64,000 nt of DNA from Candidatus Firestoneibacteriota bacterium. Its GTDB lineage: Bacteria; Oederibacteriota; D2-FULL-39-29. This document shows, one piece after another, positions 29,620 to 37,904 of the stretch. The translations under genes and the position numbers were made by a program. A model generated the notes under the pieces. That model had not been told where the DNA came from and did no database searches. It saw nothing but the letters and a program-made list of their open reading frames with translations. The DNA lies in contig CAITEH010000039.1 of the NCBI GenBank assembly GCA_903891415.1, positions 2,766-66,765 on the forward strand, read 5' to 3'. The stretch's first letter is position 1. Each line of letters begins with the position of its first letter.

Positions 29620-31724
29620 TTTATCTGCGTGTTGGACTCCGGTGACCGGCTCTTCTGTCCCTTGGAGTCAGTCGCTTCGACATAGTATTTAAGAGAACCG
29701 GCATAGTTAAACCGCCTGGTTTGCGCGCTGTAAGAACCGTCTTTTTTATTTCCGGAGGTGCGGGTCATGATATCTTTTGCGGTTTCTGACATGCCCGGGC
29801 CTATATAGACCAGCATAACGGCTTTTATTTCCTTATCATCTTTAACTGTTGCCACTATGGTGGTATTCCTGCCGATAACGGGAGCCACACCTATTATATT
29901 GGTTATTACGGGCGCCGTATCCAGGACTTCGAATGCATGAGAATCCTCTCCGAGTTTCCCGGCAGGATTTCCATCCTCACCCAGCCGCTCCCAGAGACTG
30001 GCGAGGACCGTGTACTTACCCTCAGCTAAAGCAGGGTCTATTTTGAACTCCCCGGTTTTTTCAACCTGGCCGGCCCTGTCGAGATCAACTTTTTCATTAA
30101 TAATAGTGGAAATCTTTTTCAGCGGATCAAGGACCTCTATTTTCACAAAATAGACGTGCCTGACTTCGCCGGTGTTAAGGAATTTTGCCTTTAAATTGAC
30201 CGTATCTCCATATCTTATTTTTCCGGATATTACGGCAAGTTCCGCCGTTCCCAGAATATTCGGCCCCCCCACAGTAAAGGCGGAACTTTTTTCTTCAAAA
30301 AGTTCAATAATATTGCCTGCCGCATCTATACTATTATAAACACCTGCTTTTGCTCCGTAACTGCCCCCGGTGCCGGCAAGCGGTATTAAATATTCAAACA
30401 CTATTTGCTTTTCCTCGCCAACGCCCAGAGAAAGCAGCTTGGCGTCGAGTTTAGCCCGGTTATTCCCTCCGTTTATTACTATCGTAACAGGGAACGCGTG
30501 CTCTGTTTCCCCGGTATTCATCAGGCCAACTGTTATGGTTACGGGTTCTCCTACTTTTATTTTGGTCTTCGAAGCGGCAATAACAACTTTAGTAACAGCG
30601 GCTTTGGTCACCCGCTCCGCGACACTGAATTCCTGATGTGCTTCTGTCAGCTTTTTTCTTGCCGGTTCATGTGAAGAGCCCGCAAAAACAATAATACTTA
30701 TTTTATAGAGGCCGTGAGAATCTTTCCGGGGAATTGGATAAGCAGAGGAGTACTTCTTTATTTCACCGGCAGCTGTCTGTAATTCTTTTGAGGGAAGAGT
30801 TATAAGCTTACCCGAAGGATCCAGCAAAGAAACTTCAAGAGAGAAGAGTTTTTCTATATCTCCCGTGTTTTTTACATTTATCTCAAAATTAACCGTTTCC
30901 CCTGATTTCAATTTACCGCTGAGCTTTACCGCTTCAACAGAAGCTTTAACGGTTCTTTCCAGTATATTTTTTTCCAGTTCCTGTTCCGCCATTAATTTTT
31001 TTGCTTTATCGGCACCTGCTCCCGCGTAAAGGGAAAGCTTTATTTTATATTTTCCGCCCGGAGCCTTTAGCGGAACATTGTGCTCATAAGAAATTTTTCT
31101 GGATTCTTCCATATTAAGGCTGAAATCCTTTGCCGGAAACCGGACCGCTTCCCCTTTCGGATTGATTATTTCGCAGTCCAGTGAGAAAACTTTTGCGGCT
31201 TCCCCGGTATTTTTGGCTACGGCATTGACCGTCATAACTTCGCCGACTTTCCTGCCGCCTTTAATATCAATAAAGTTAACAATACCGCTTATTATTTTTT
31301 CCGCAAGTAAAAATTCCTGAGAGCTCTCTGCTATCCTGGAATAAGCCGAAGAAAACATGGATCTTTTGGTTGTAACATAAATAACGGAAGAGTAGGGCCC
31401 CGGGAGCAGGGGTTCAGAAAGAATACAGGTAAATTCCACAGTTTGTTTTTTCCGGGGTTCAAGTTTTTTCACCTGGGCAGGCAAAGACATTTTAATTTGG
31501 GTACCGCTAAAAATATCAAGATTTATCATGTATTCTCTTGACAAGACGGCCAGGTTTTCAAGTTCTACGGCTACCTTAAACTCGGTATCAAGTTTTTGCT
31601 GGCCTATTTTGCCGGGATACGCTAAAGTAATTTTTGGCCCCATTAAAATAAGCTCATAAATAACATAGCCGGCCAGGATAAGAAAGACAACCACAAGGGC
31701 AGTTACCAGCAGTGATTTTTTCAT
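29616..31724 (-). CDS. Membrane-anchored surface protein with about 5 tandem CARDB/DUF11-like Ig-fold repeats
   Basis: 702 aa with an N-terminal TM anchor (LLVTALVVVFLILAGYVIY). Recurrent motif (V/A)(K/M)NTGE(A/I/T) at about 100-aa spacing: AVAKNTGEA, NVKNTGDI, GLMNTGET, KFLNTGEV. Confidence 0.65.
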   Translation of the reverse strand: MKKSLLVTALVVVFLILAGYVIYELILMGPKITLAYPGKIGQQKLDTEFKVAVELENLAVLSREYMINLDIFSGTQIKMSLPAQVKKLEPRKKQTVEFTCILSEPLLPGPYSSVIYVTTKRSMFSSAYSRIAESSQEFLLAEKIISGIVNFIDIKGGRKVGEVMTVNAVAKNTGEAAKVFSLDCEIINPKGEAVRFPAKDFSLNMEESRKISYEHNVPLKAPGGKYKIKLSLYAGAGADKAKKLMAEQELEKNILERTVKASVEAVKLSGKLKSGETVNFEINVKNTGDIEKLFSLEVSLLDPSGKLITLPSKELQTAAGEIKKYSSAYPIPRKDSHGLYKISIIVFAGSSHEPARKKLTEAHQEFSVAERVTKAAVTKVVIAASKTKIKVGEPVTITVGLMNTGETEHAFPVTIVINGGNNRAKLDAKLLSLGVGEEKQIVFEYLIPLAGTGGSYGAKAGVYNSIDAAGNIIELFEEKSSAFTVGGPNILGTAELAVISGKIRYGDTVNLKAKFLNTGEVRHVYFVKIEVLDPLKKISTIINEKVDLDRAGQVEKTGEFKIDPALAEGKYTVLASLWERLGEDGNPAGKLGEDSHAFEVLDTAPVITNIIGVAPVIGRNTTIVATVKDDKEIKAVMLVYIGPGMSETAKDIMTRTSGNKKDGSYSAQTRRFNYAGSLKYYVEATDSKGQKSRSPESNTQIK

Positions 31725-32041
31725 TTTTCCTCCTGAAGATGGAGCTGCTTTAATTCTTTTCCGGATTTAAAATGTATCACTTTTCTGGAAGGAAGCGGAA
31801 AATCTTCGTTTGTCTTAAGATTTCTGGCAATACGCCCCGCTCTTTGTTTGACTAAAAAAGTGCCAAAGCCTCTCAATTCAAGCTTACTTCCTTTTTCAAC
31901 ATACTCAATCAGGCTTTCCAGTATTATATCCACGATTTTTTCGGCATCTTTTACCGTAAGGCCTGTTTCCTTTGCCACTTTTTTTACGATATCTGACCTG
32001 ACCAAACTTTTCACCTCTTCTTTTTTGTCAAAGTTCCGCAA
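31721..32041 (-). CDS. HU/IHF-family DNA-binding protein
   Basis: GFGTFLVKQRAGRIARNLKTNE is the HU beta-arm signature. The track start overlaps nrnA, so the real start is probably a downstream GTG/TTG, giving about 93 aa. Confidence 0.85.
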   Translation of the reverse strand: MRNFDKKEEVKSLVRSDIVKKVAKETGLTVKDAEKIVDIILESLIEYVEKGSKLELRGFGTFLVKQRAGRIARNLKTNEDFPLPSRKVIHFKSGKELKQLHLQEEK

Positions 32042-33051
32042 GCTCCTAAAACAGGTTTAAGCTTAAAACCGGCAGACACACTTTTTATCACCTCTATTGT
32101 TTTTTTCAATACTTTTTCTTTAACTTCGTTAACCGTCCCTTTTTGCAGCGCGCCGGAAGCTCTCTTGTGCCCGCCGCCAGCAAAAAAAAGAGCGATCTTA
32201 TTGACATCTATTTCATTCCTTTTTGACCTGAAACTGATCTTAACCCTTTCCCCGTGAATTTCGGTAAAAGAGATCGCGATATTGACCCCTTTGATGGAAC
32301 GCGCGTAATTAATGATACCTTCAGAATCGCTGTAATTTGTTCCTGTATCTTCAAAATCCTTTTTTGCAAGAACTGTCCAGGCAATACCGTATCTTTCATC
32401 TATGCATAAAGAGTTTATTGCTCTTCCAAGGAGTTGTATCTTGCCGAGCGAAGAAACCTCGTATACATTCTGATTCACTTCCGAAGGATTTACACCGTAT
32501 TTCATAAGTTCTATGACTATTTCATGAGTTCTCCTGGTAGTATTGGAATAGGAGAAACTTCCCGTATCGGTTAAAAGTGAGGTATAAAGGCACGTGGCAA
32601 TATTGAGATCCAGTTTGACGCCTAATTCAAAAAGAATATCAAAAACCTGCTCTCCCACCGCGGCAGACCCGTCATCCACATAATTATAATCGCCGAAAAA
32701 TTCGTTGCTCATGTGATGATCCAGGTTAATGATCCTGCCGGATTTCAGGAAAACTTTTTTCATTTTGCCGACCCGGTCCAGGCCGGGGCATTCCAGAGAG
32801 ACAGCAACATCATAACTGCCCTTAATTTCCTCTCTGTTCTTAAGCATTCCGTCACAGGGCAGGAACTCATAATTTGCCGGAAAAGGGTCACTATTGGCTA
32901 TGGTAACTTTTTTCCCGAGTTTTTTCAGCCCAAACCCGAGAGCAAGTTCCGAGCCAATACCGTCGCCATCCGGGCTTATATGGGTCGAGAGAATGTAATT
33001 ATCATATTTTCTAAACGCGCGGACTATTTCTTTAAGCGAATTATTTTTCAT
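32011..33051 (-). CDS. nrnA: Bifunctional oligoribonuclease / pAp phosphatase NrnA (DHH-DHHA1)
   Basis: DHH motifs (STHISPDGDGIGS, DHH) and the C-terminal DHHA1 GGGH. Confidence 0.85.
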   Translation of the reverse strand: MKNNSLKEIVRAFRKYDNYILSTHISPDGDGIGSELALGFGLKKLGKKVTIANSDPFPANYEFLPCDGMLKNREEIKGSYDVAVSLECPGLDRVGKMKKVFLKSGRIINLDHHMSNEFFGDYNYVDDGSAAVGEQVFDILFELGVKLDLNIATCLYTSLLTDTGSFSYSNTTRRTHEIVIELMKYGVNPSEVNQNVYEVSSLGKIQLLGRAINSLCIDERYGIAWTVLAKKDFEDTGTNYSDSEGIINYARSIKGVNIAISFTEIHGERVKISFRSKRNEIDVNKIALFFAGGGHKRASGALQKGTVNEVKEKVLKKTIEVIKSVSAGFKLKPVLGACGTLTKKKR

Positions 33052-33400
33052 TTTTATTTTTCTTATCCTCTAGTGTTTTTATTATAGAAAGAGTTTTTTC
33101 TATCTGGTCATACTGGAGATCTTCTTTAAATTCAATTTCCGGCATATAGCGAAGAACCACTCTTTCCGCCAATAAATGCCTGACGGCGCCTTTTGCTTTA
33201 TTAAGAGCGGTAATGGATTTTTCCCTGGCCTTCTTCTCCCCAAAGATACTGATATAGACCGTAGCTTTGCTGGTATCATTGTTAAATTGAACCGCGGTGA
33301 CCGTAACAAAACCTATGTCCTGGTTCGTAAGATCTCTCGCTATTATCAGGCTGACTTCTTTTTGAAAAAGCCTCGCCAGTTTTTCCGTTCTTAGATGCAT
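33041..33400 (-). CDS. rbfA: Ribosome-binding factor A
   Basis: 119 aa KH-like. RTEKLARLFQKEVSLII. Conserved position after infB. Confidence 0.85.
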   Translation of the reverse strand: MHLRTEKLARLFQKEVSLIIARDLTNQDIGFVTVTAVQFNNDTSKATVYISIFGEKKAREKSITALNKAKGAVRHLLAERVVLRYMPEIEFKEDLQYDQIEKTLSIIKTLEDKKNKNEK

Positions 33401-33466
33401 CAGAGCTCCGTTGGAAAACCCTTAATGCCCCGTAAGGCGGCAAATAGCCGTCCCGGCACGGGTAAA

Positions 33467-35848
33467 TTACAGCTTCGCGTAGGTTTTCTCGATAACATAA
33501 ACTTCAAAAATATCTCCGACTTTATAATCTTTAAAGCCGTCAATAGAGATACCGCATTCATATCCGGCCGCCACTTCTTTGACATCATCTTTAAACCTTC
33601 TAAGCGAAGTAATTTTCCCCTGGCCTACAATTTCAGCGCCGCGTTTTATCCTGGCCAGGCCCTGCCTGGTTATTTTGCCTTCAGACACATGGCTGCCCGC
33701 GATAAAACCGTCGGGTATCTTAATGACCTGTTTGATCTCGGCCCGGCCCACAACTACTTCCTTAAGTATCGGTTCGAGCAAACCTTCCATGGCGGCTTTG
33801 ACCGCGTCAGTTATTTCATAAATTATCCTGAAGAACTTTATATCAACATTTTCTTTCTTCGCCAGGTCATTGATCGCCTGGCTGGCGCTCACGGAAAAAC
33901 CTATAATAATAGCATTGGACGCGCTTGCCAGCATAACGTCGGACTCATTAACGTTTCCAACGCCTTTATGAATAATAGATATTTTGACCTTATCATTTCC
34001 AAGTTTCTCCAGCGCGTCCGTAAGCGCGTCGATAGACCCCTGAACATCACCCTTCAGAATAAGCTTAAGATCTTTTAACTTGCCGTCCTGGATCTCGGTA
34101 TAAAGGCCTTCAAGCGAAATATGTTTTTGTTTTTGAATATTTATTTCCCGCTGCAGTTCATTTCTGCGCACGGAGATGACCCGGGCCTCTTTTTCGTCAG
34201 CCATGACCTGAAAGGTATCTCCCGCATTAGGCACGCCGTTAAAACCAAGAATCTCTACAGGCGTAGGAGGTATGACTTCCTGAAGTTTTTGCCCTTTATC
34301 ATCCATCATAGCGCGGACTTTCCCAAAGAAGAAACCGGACACAAAAGAATCACCTATCTTAAGCGTTCCTTTTTCTATCAACACCGTCGCCACGGGCCCT
34401 TTGCCTTTATCAAGTTTTGCCTCGAGCACAACACCCTTTGCCATCCCTGATTTTACCGCTTTGAGCTCCAGCATTTCCGATTCCAAAAGTATCATCTCAA
34501 GAAGTTTTTCAATGCCTTCTTTCTTTTTCGCTGAAACCGGGACAAAGATCGTCTTCCCGCCCCAATCTTCAGGCAGCAGATCATACTTTGAGAGTTCCTG
34601 CTTCACCCTTTCCGGAGCAGCGCTGGGTTTATCCATTTTATTAATTGCCACAATTATGGGCACTTTCGCCGCTTTTGCATGATTTATGGCTTCAACCGTC
34701 TGGGGCATAACACCGTCATCCGCGGCTACAACCAATACTACTATGTCAGTAACTGATGCACCTCTTGCCCGCATGGAAGTAAAAGCTTCGTGGCCCGGTG
34801 TATCAAGAAAAACTATCTCTCCTTTGGGGACTCTCACTTTGTAGGCGCCAATATGCTGTGTAATACCACCCGCTTCGCCTGCAGTCACATTAGTTTCCCG
34901 GATAGCATCAAGCAGAGAAGTTTTGCCGTGATCAACATGTCCCATAACGGTAACTACCGGAGGGCGCCATTCCAATTTTGACTTATCCAGTATTTCTTCC
35001 GCTTCGGTCGGAGCTTCTTCGTTAAAGATAGAAACGAACTCAACATCATAGCCAAATTCAGAAGCAATGAGAATAATAGCATCTTTGTCAAGTTTTCTAT
35101 TTATCGAGACCATCATACCCATGGTCATGATCTTCTTAATAAGTTCACTTGCCGGAACTTTCAATTTGTTGGCCATTTCGCCGACAGTAGTAACTTCCGT
35201 GACCTTAAAAATAGGCCGGGGGCCTTCCGGAATAACAGGCAATGCCGCGGGAGCATGAGTAACGGCAGCGGCTGTATCCGGGACTTTTTCCGGTACGGCT
35301 TTTGTTCCTGTAATTTCCGCGTCTACCTCAGGAACTGTCTTTGCAGGCACCTCTTTTTCCGCATGCTTAACTTTAGGTTTTACAGCCTGCGTTTTTTTCT
35401 CCGCGGCTGCTTTTAGCGGTTTTACGGGGGCAGCGGTTTTAACAGCGGCTGCTTTTGCGGAAGGGGCATGTTCGGTTGCTTTGCCTGAGGCCGCAGGTTT
35501 TGCGGCATGAGGCGCAATTTTTACACCGGTAACGGACACGGCGGCCTTAACGGCAGTTTTTTCCAAGGTTACTGCCGGAGTTTTGACTTTCTTTTGAGGA
35601 ACGGCAGCGGGTTTCTTTTGTGAAGCCGCGGCAGGTGATTTCGCCAGCGCAGCTTTACCGCCCGGCACAGGCGCGTCTTTTTTAGCCGCCGACTCTCTTA
35701 TTGCGGCAGCGACAACTTTTATTTCGCTCTCATCCAGCATGCTGACAGCTTTCTTGTCTTCTATTCCCATCTCGACAAGTTTGGCAACAAGATCAGCGCT
35801 CTTCATGCCAAGTTTTTTGGCTATTTCATGAACTCTAAATTTGCTCAT
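33467..35848 (-). CDS. infB: Translation initiation factor IF-2
   Basis: 793 aa with the GTPase motifs [13 protein letters not shown] and NKMD, and a low-complexity Ala/Lys/Pro-rich N-terminal region. Confidence 0.95.
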   Translation of the reverse strand: MSKFRVHEIAKKLGMKSADLVAKLVEMGIEDKKAVSMLDESEIKVVAAAIRESAAKKDAPVPGGKAALAKSPAAASQKKPAAVPQKKVKTPAVTLEKTAVKAAVSVTGVKIAPHAAKPAASGKATEHAPSAKAAAVKTAAPVKPLKAAAEKKTQAVKPKVKHAEKEVPAKTVPEVDAEITGTKAVPEKVPDTAAAVTHAPAALPVIPEGPRPIFKVTEVTTVGEMANKLKVPASELIKKIMTMGMMVSINRKLDKDAIILIASEFGYDVEFVSIFNEEAPTEAEEILDKSKLEWRPPVVTVMGHVDHGKTSLLDAIRETNVTAGEAGGITQHIGAYKVRVPKGEIVFLDTPGHEAFTSMRARGASVTDIVVLVVAADDGVMPQTVEAINHAKAAKVPIIVAINKMDKPSAAPERVKQELSKYDLLPEDWGGKTIFVPVSAKKKEGIEKLLEMILLESEMLELKAVKSGMAKGVVLEAKLDKGKGPVATVLIEKGTLKIGDSFVSGFFFGKVRAMMDDKGQKLQEVIPPTPVEILGFNGVPNAGDTFQVMADEKEARVISVRRNELQREINIQKQKHISLEGLYTEIQDGKLKDLKLILKGDVQGSIDALTDALEKLGNDKVKISIIHKGVGNVNESDVMLASASNAIIIGFSVSASQAINDLAKKENVDIKFFRIIYEITDAVKAAMEGLLEPILKEVVVGRAEIKQVIKIPDGFIAGSHVSEGKITRQGLARIKRGAEIVGQGKITSLRRFKDDVKEVAAGYECGISIDGFKDYKVGDIFEVYVIEKTYAKL

Positions 35849-37133
35849 TTTTAGTTTCGTTCTCCTGTCCTTTGAATGCCTTAACCTTCTCGAGAATTTT
35901 CTCGGCTGTTTTGGCTGTGAGTCCGTTTATCTTTAAGAGCGAGTCAAGTGTGGCGTTCTTAAAATCTTCCCTGGTATTGAACCCGTTGTCTTTCAGTTTA
36001 GTTATAGTTTTCTTATTTAAGCCCAGCAAAGCAAAAGGGTCGTCTTTTGTTTCCTGCGCTTTGTCTTCAATAATTTTGACGTTCCCGGCCCCTGCTTTCG
36101 CAAAATCGGTTTCACCTATCACGTCAATTTTGCAGCCGATAAGCTTGCCGGCGAGTTTTGTACTTTGCCCGTTTTTTCCAATAGCTATTGCCAGCTGGTC
36201 ATCCGGAACAACAACGGTAACCACCTGTCCTGCCTCATCAACGGAAACGCTGGTAATTCTTGTGGGTTTCAAAGCATTCTTAGCGAAGTTTTTTATATCC
36301 GCATTCCATTCAATAACATCGACCTTTTCGCCTTTGAGCTCCTTTACAACAGGCTGGATCCTGCCTCCTTTAACTCCGACACAGGCCCCAACAGAGTCTA
36401 TATTTCTATCCTCGGAATAGACCGCTATTTTCAGCCTGTACCCTGGATCTCTTGCAAGGGACTTAATTTGTACTTTCCCTTCCCCTATTTCCGGTATTTC
36501 AGTTTCAAAAAGTTTTCTGATGAAATTGGGATGTATCCTTGAAAGCACCACCTGTGTCCCCTTGGACGTTTTTTTGACTTCGGTAACATAGACCTTGATC
36601 TTATCCCCGATCTGCCAGCTTTCCCTGAAAACCTGTTCCTTCATCGGGATAACACCTTCGGTATCTCCCAGATCAACGAAAATATTTTTATTCTCCTTTC
36701 TCAGGACTATTCCATTAAGCAATGTATCAATCTTTTCTTCAAATTCTGAAAAAAGAGCGTCGCGCTCTATATCTCTGACCTTTTTTGAAATGACCTGCTT
36801 GGCAATCTGAGCCGCTATACGGCCGAACTTCTCAATAGGCACAGGAAGATCAACAGTCCCGCCGGTTTTGCCTTCATAGCCAAGTTTTTTGGCCTCTTCC
36901 AATGAAACTTCGTAATCGGAATTCTTAACATCCGAAACGACGGTCTTAGGATAAAAGGCCTTAATTGTTCCTGTATTTTCATCCTGAAACACTTTTATTT
37001 CATGTTGATTTCCAAGAAGTTTTTTTGAGGCGGAAGTAAGAGCTTTCTGCAAAGTCTCGAGCAATACTTCCATATTTACTTCCCGGCCCCGGCCGATCTG
37101 TTCTAAAGCATCTGAAACTTCTCTGTTTAGCAT
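35835..37133 (-). CDS. nusA: Transcription termination/antitermination factor NusA
   Basis: 432 aa with S1 and KH domains (GDKIKVYV.., IGKNGQ). Confidence 0.95.
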   Translation of the reverse strand: MLNREVSDALEQIGRGREVNMEVLLETLQKALTSASKKLLGNQHEIKVFQDENTGTIKAFYPKTVVSDVKNSDYEVSLEEAKKLGYEGKTGGTVDLPVPIEKFGRIAAQIAKQVISKKVRDIERDALFSEFEEKIDTLLNGIVLRKENKNIFVDLGDTEGVIPMKEQVFRESWQIGDKIKVYVTEVKKTSKGTQVVLSRIHPNFIRKLFETEIPEIGEGKVQIKSLARDPGYRLKIAVYSEDRNIDSVGACVGVKGGRIQPVVKELKGEKVDVIEWNADIKNFAKNALKPTRITSVSVDEAGQVVTVVVPDDQLAIAIGKNGQSTKLAGKLIGCKIDVIGETDFAKAGAGNVKIIEDKAQETKDDPFALLGLNKKTITKLKDNGFNTREDFKNATLDSLLKINGLTAKTAEKILEKVKAFKGQENETKNEQI

Positions 37134-37149
37134 ACTGGCACCATATCCT

Positions 37150-37623
37150 CTACTGATCGAATATCAGTTTTCCCTTCTTTACGCTGGACACCGGGAACTC
37201 AACTATCACACCTTTTACTTCGAGCAATACATTTCCTGCCTTAACACCTTTGAGCAGTCCTGTCAGGTTATTCTTCCCGTTGACCAGGCCATTAAAATAT
37301 ATATTTGCTTTAAAACCCGCAAACCTTATAAAATCCTTTTCCATCTTCAAAACACGATCCAAACCGGGAGAAGAAACCTCAAGGTTATAATGCCCTTCTA
37401 TAAGGTTTTGCTCTTCAAAAACAGTGGAAAGCACATTACTTACTTCCTGACAGTCCTTAATGTTAACCTTACCGCTTTCCGCGGGCTTATCTATAAATAT
37501 GCGAAGTACCATCCCGGTATTCTCGCGCTTATATTCTATATCGTATAAAATAAGCCCCAGTACTTTGAGGTAAAGTTCTGTAAGGCTTTTAGCTTTTAGA
37601 ACTATATTATCCGCACCATTCAT
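37150..37623 (-). CDS. rimP: Ribosome maturation factor RimP
   Basis: Track ORF starts at 37674. The likely start is ATG 37623 (MNGADNIV..) with gaaggag 10 nt upstream. The upstream terminator ends at 37685, leaving no room for the longer form. Confidence 0.85.
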   Translation of the reverse strand: MNGADNIVLKAKSLTELYLKVLGLILYDIEYKRENTGMVLRIFIDKPAESGKVNIKDCQEVSNVLSTVFEEQNLIEGHYNLEVSSPGLDRVLKMEKDFIRFAGFKANIYFNGLVNGKNNLTGLLKGVKAGNVLLEVKGVIVEFPVSSVKKGKLIFDQ

Positions 37624-37684
37624 ATATAACCGGCTCCTTCTATTACCAACCGTTATAGAATGTAACACGAACAAGACTTCTGCT

Positions 37685-37722
37685 TAAAAACAAAAAAGTG
37701 GGCGCCTCAGTTTCTCCCACTT
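37685..37722 (-). terminator. Intrinsic terminator: AAGUGGG, 13-nt loop, CCCACUU, then UUUUUUGUUUUU
   Basis: Stem 37716-37722 with 37696-37702. The U-tract is the reverse complement of 37686-37697. It sits between the smc stop and rimP, about 60 nt downstream of a consensus promoter. Confidence 0.75.
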
Positions 37723-37783
37723 GGTATTCCTCCCTAAAACAGTTTAATGTTTTTATATTTGTAAGTTCTTACGTTACAGGGTA

Positions 37784-37812
37784 ATTATACAATATTGGAC
37801 CGGAATTGTCAA
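37784..37812 (-). promoter_or_regulatory. Perfect-consensus sigma70 promoter TTGACA, 17 bp spacer, TATAAT in the leader of the rimP-nusA-infB operon
   Basis: Minus-strand read: TTGACAattccggtccaatattgTATAAT. The -35 is at 37807-37812 and the -10 at 37784-37789. Confidence 0.6.
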
Positions 37813-37904
37813 CGTGAATTTGGTTATTGCTGGATTCACGGCCTGTTTGAAGGTAGGGTTAAAACGCATTATTTTAAAAGTAAATATCAAATATTTACGG
37901 TTCT

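Noticed and set aside
37685-37777. tRNA (as in the E. coli metY-rimP-nusA operon) in the nusA leader
   Set aside because: The about 95-nt leader has no acceptor or T-arm features (no GGTTCGA-type T-loop). Only the terminator hairpin is structured.
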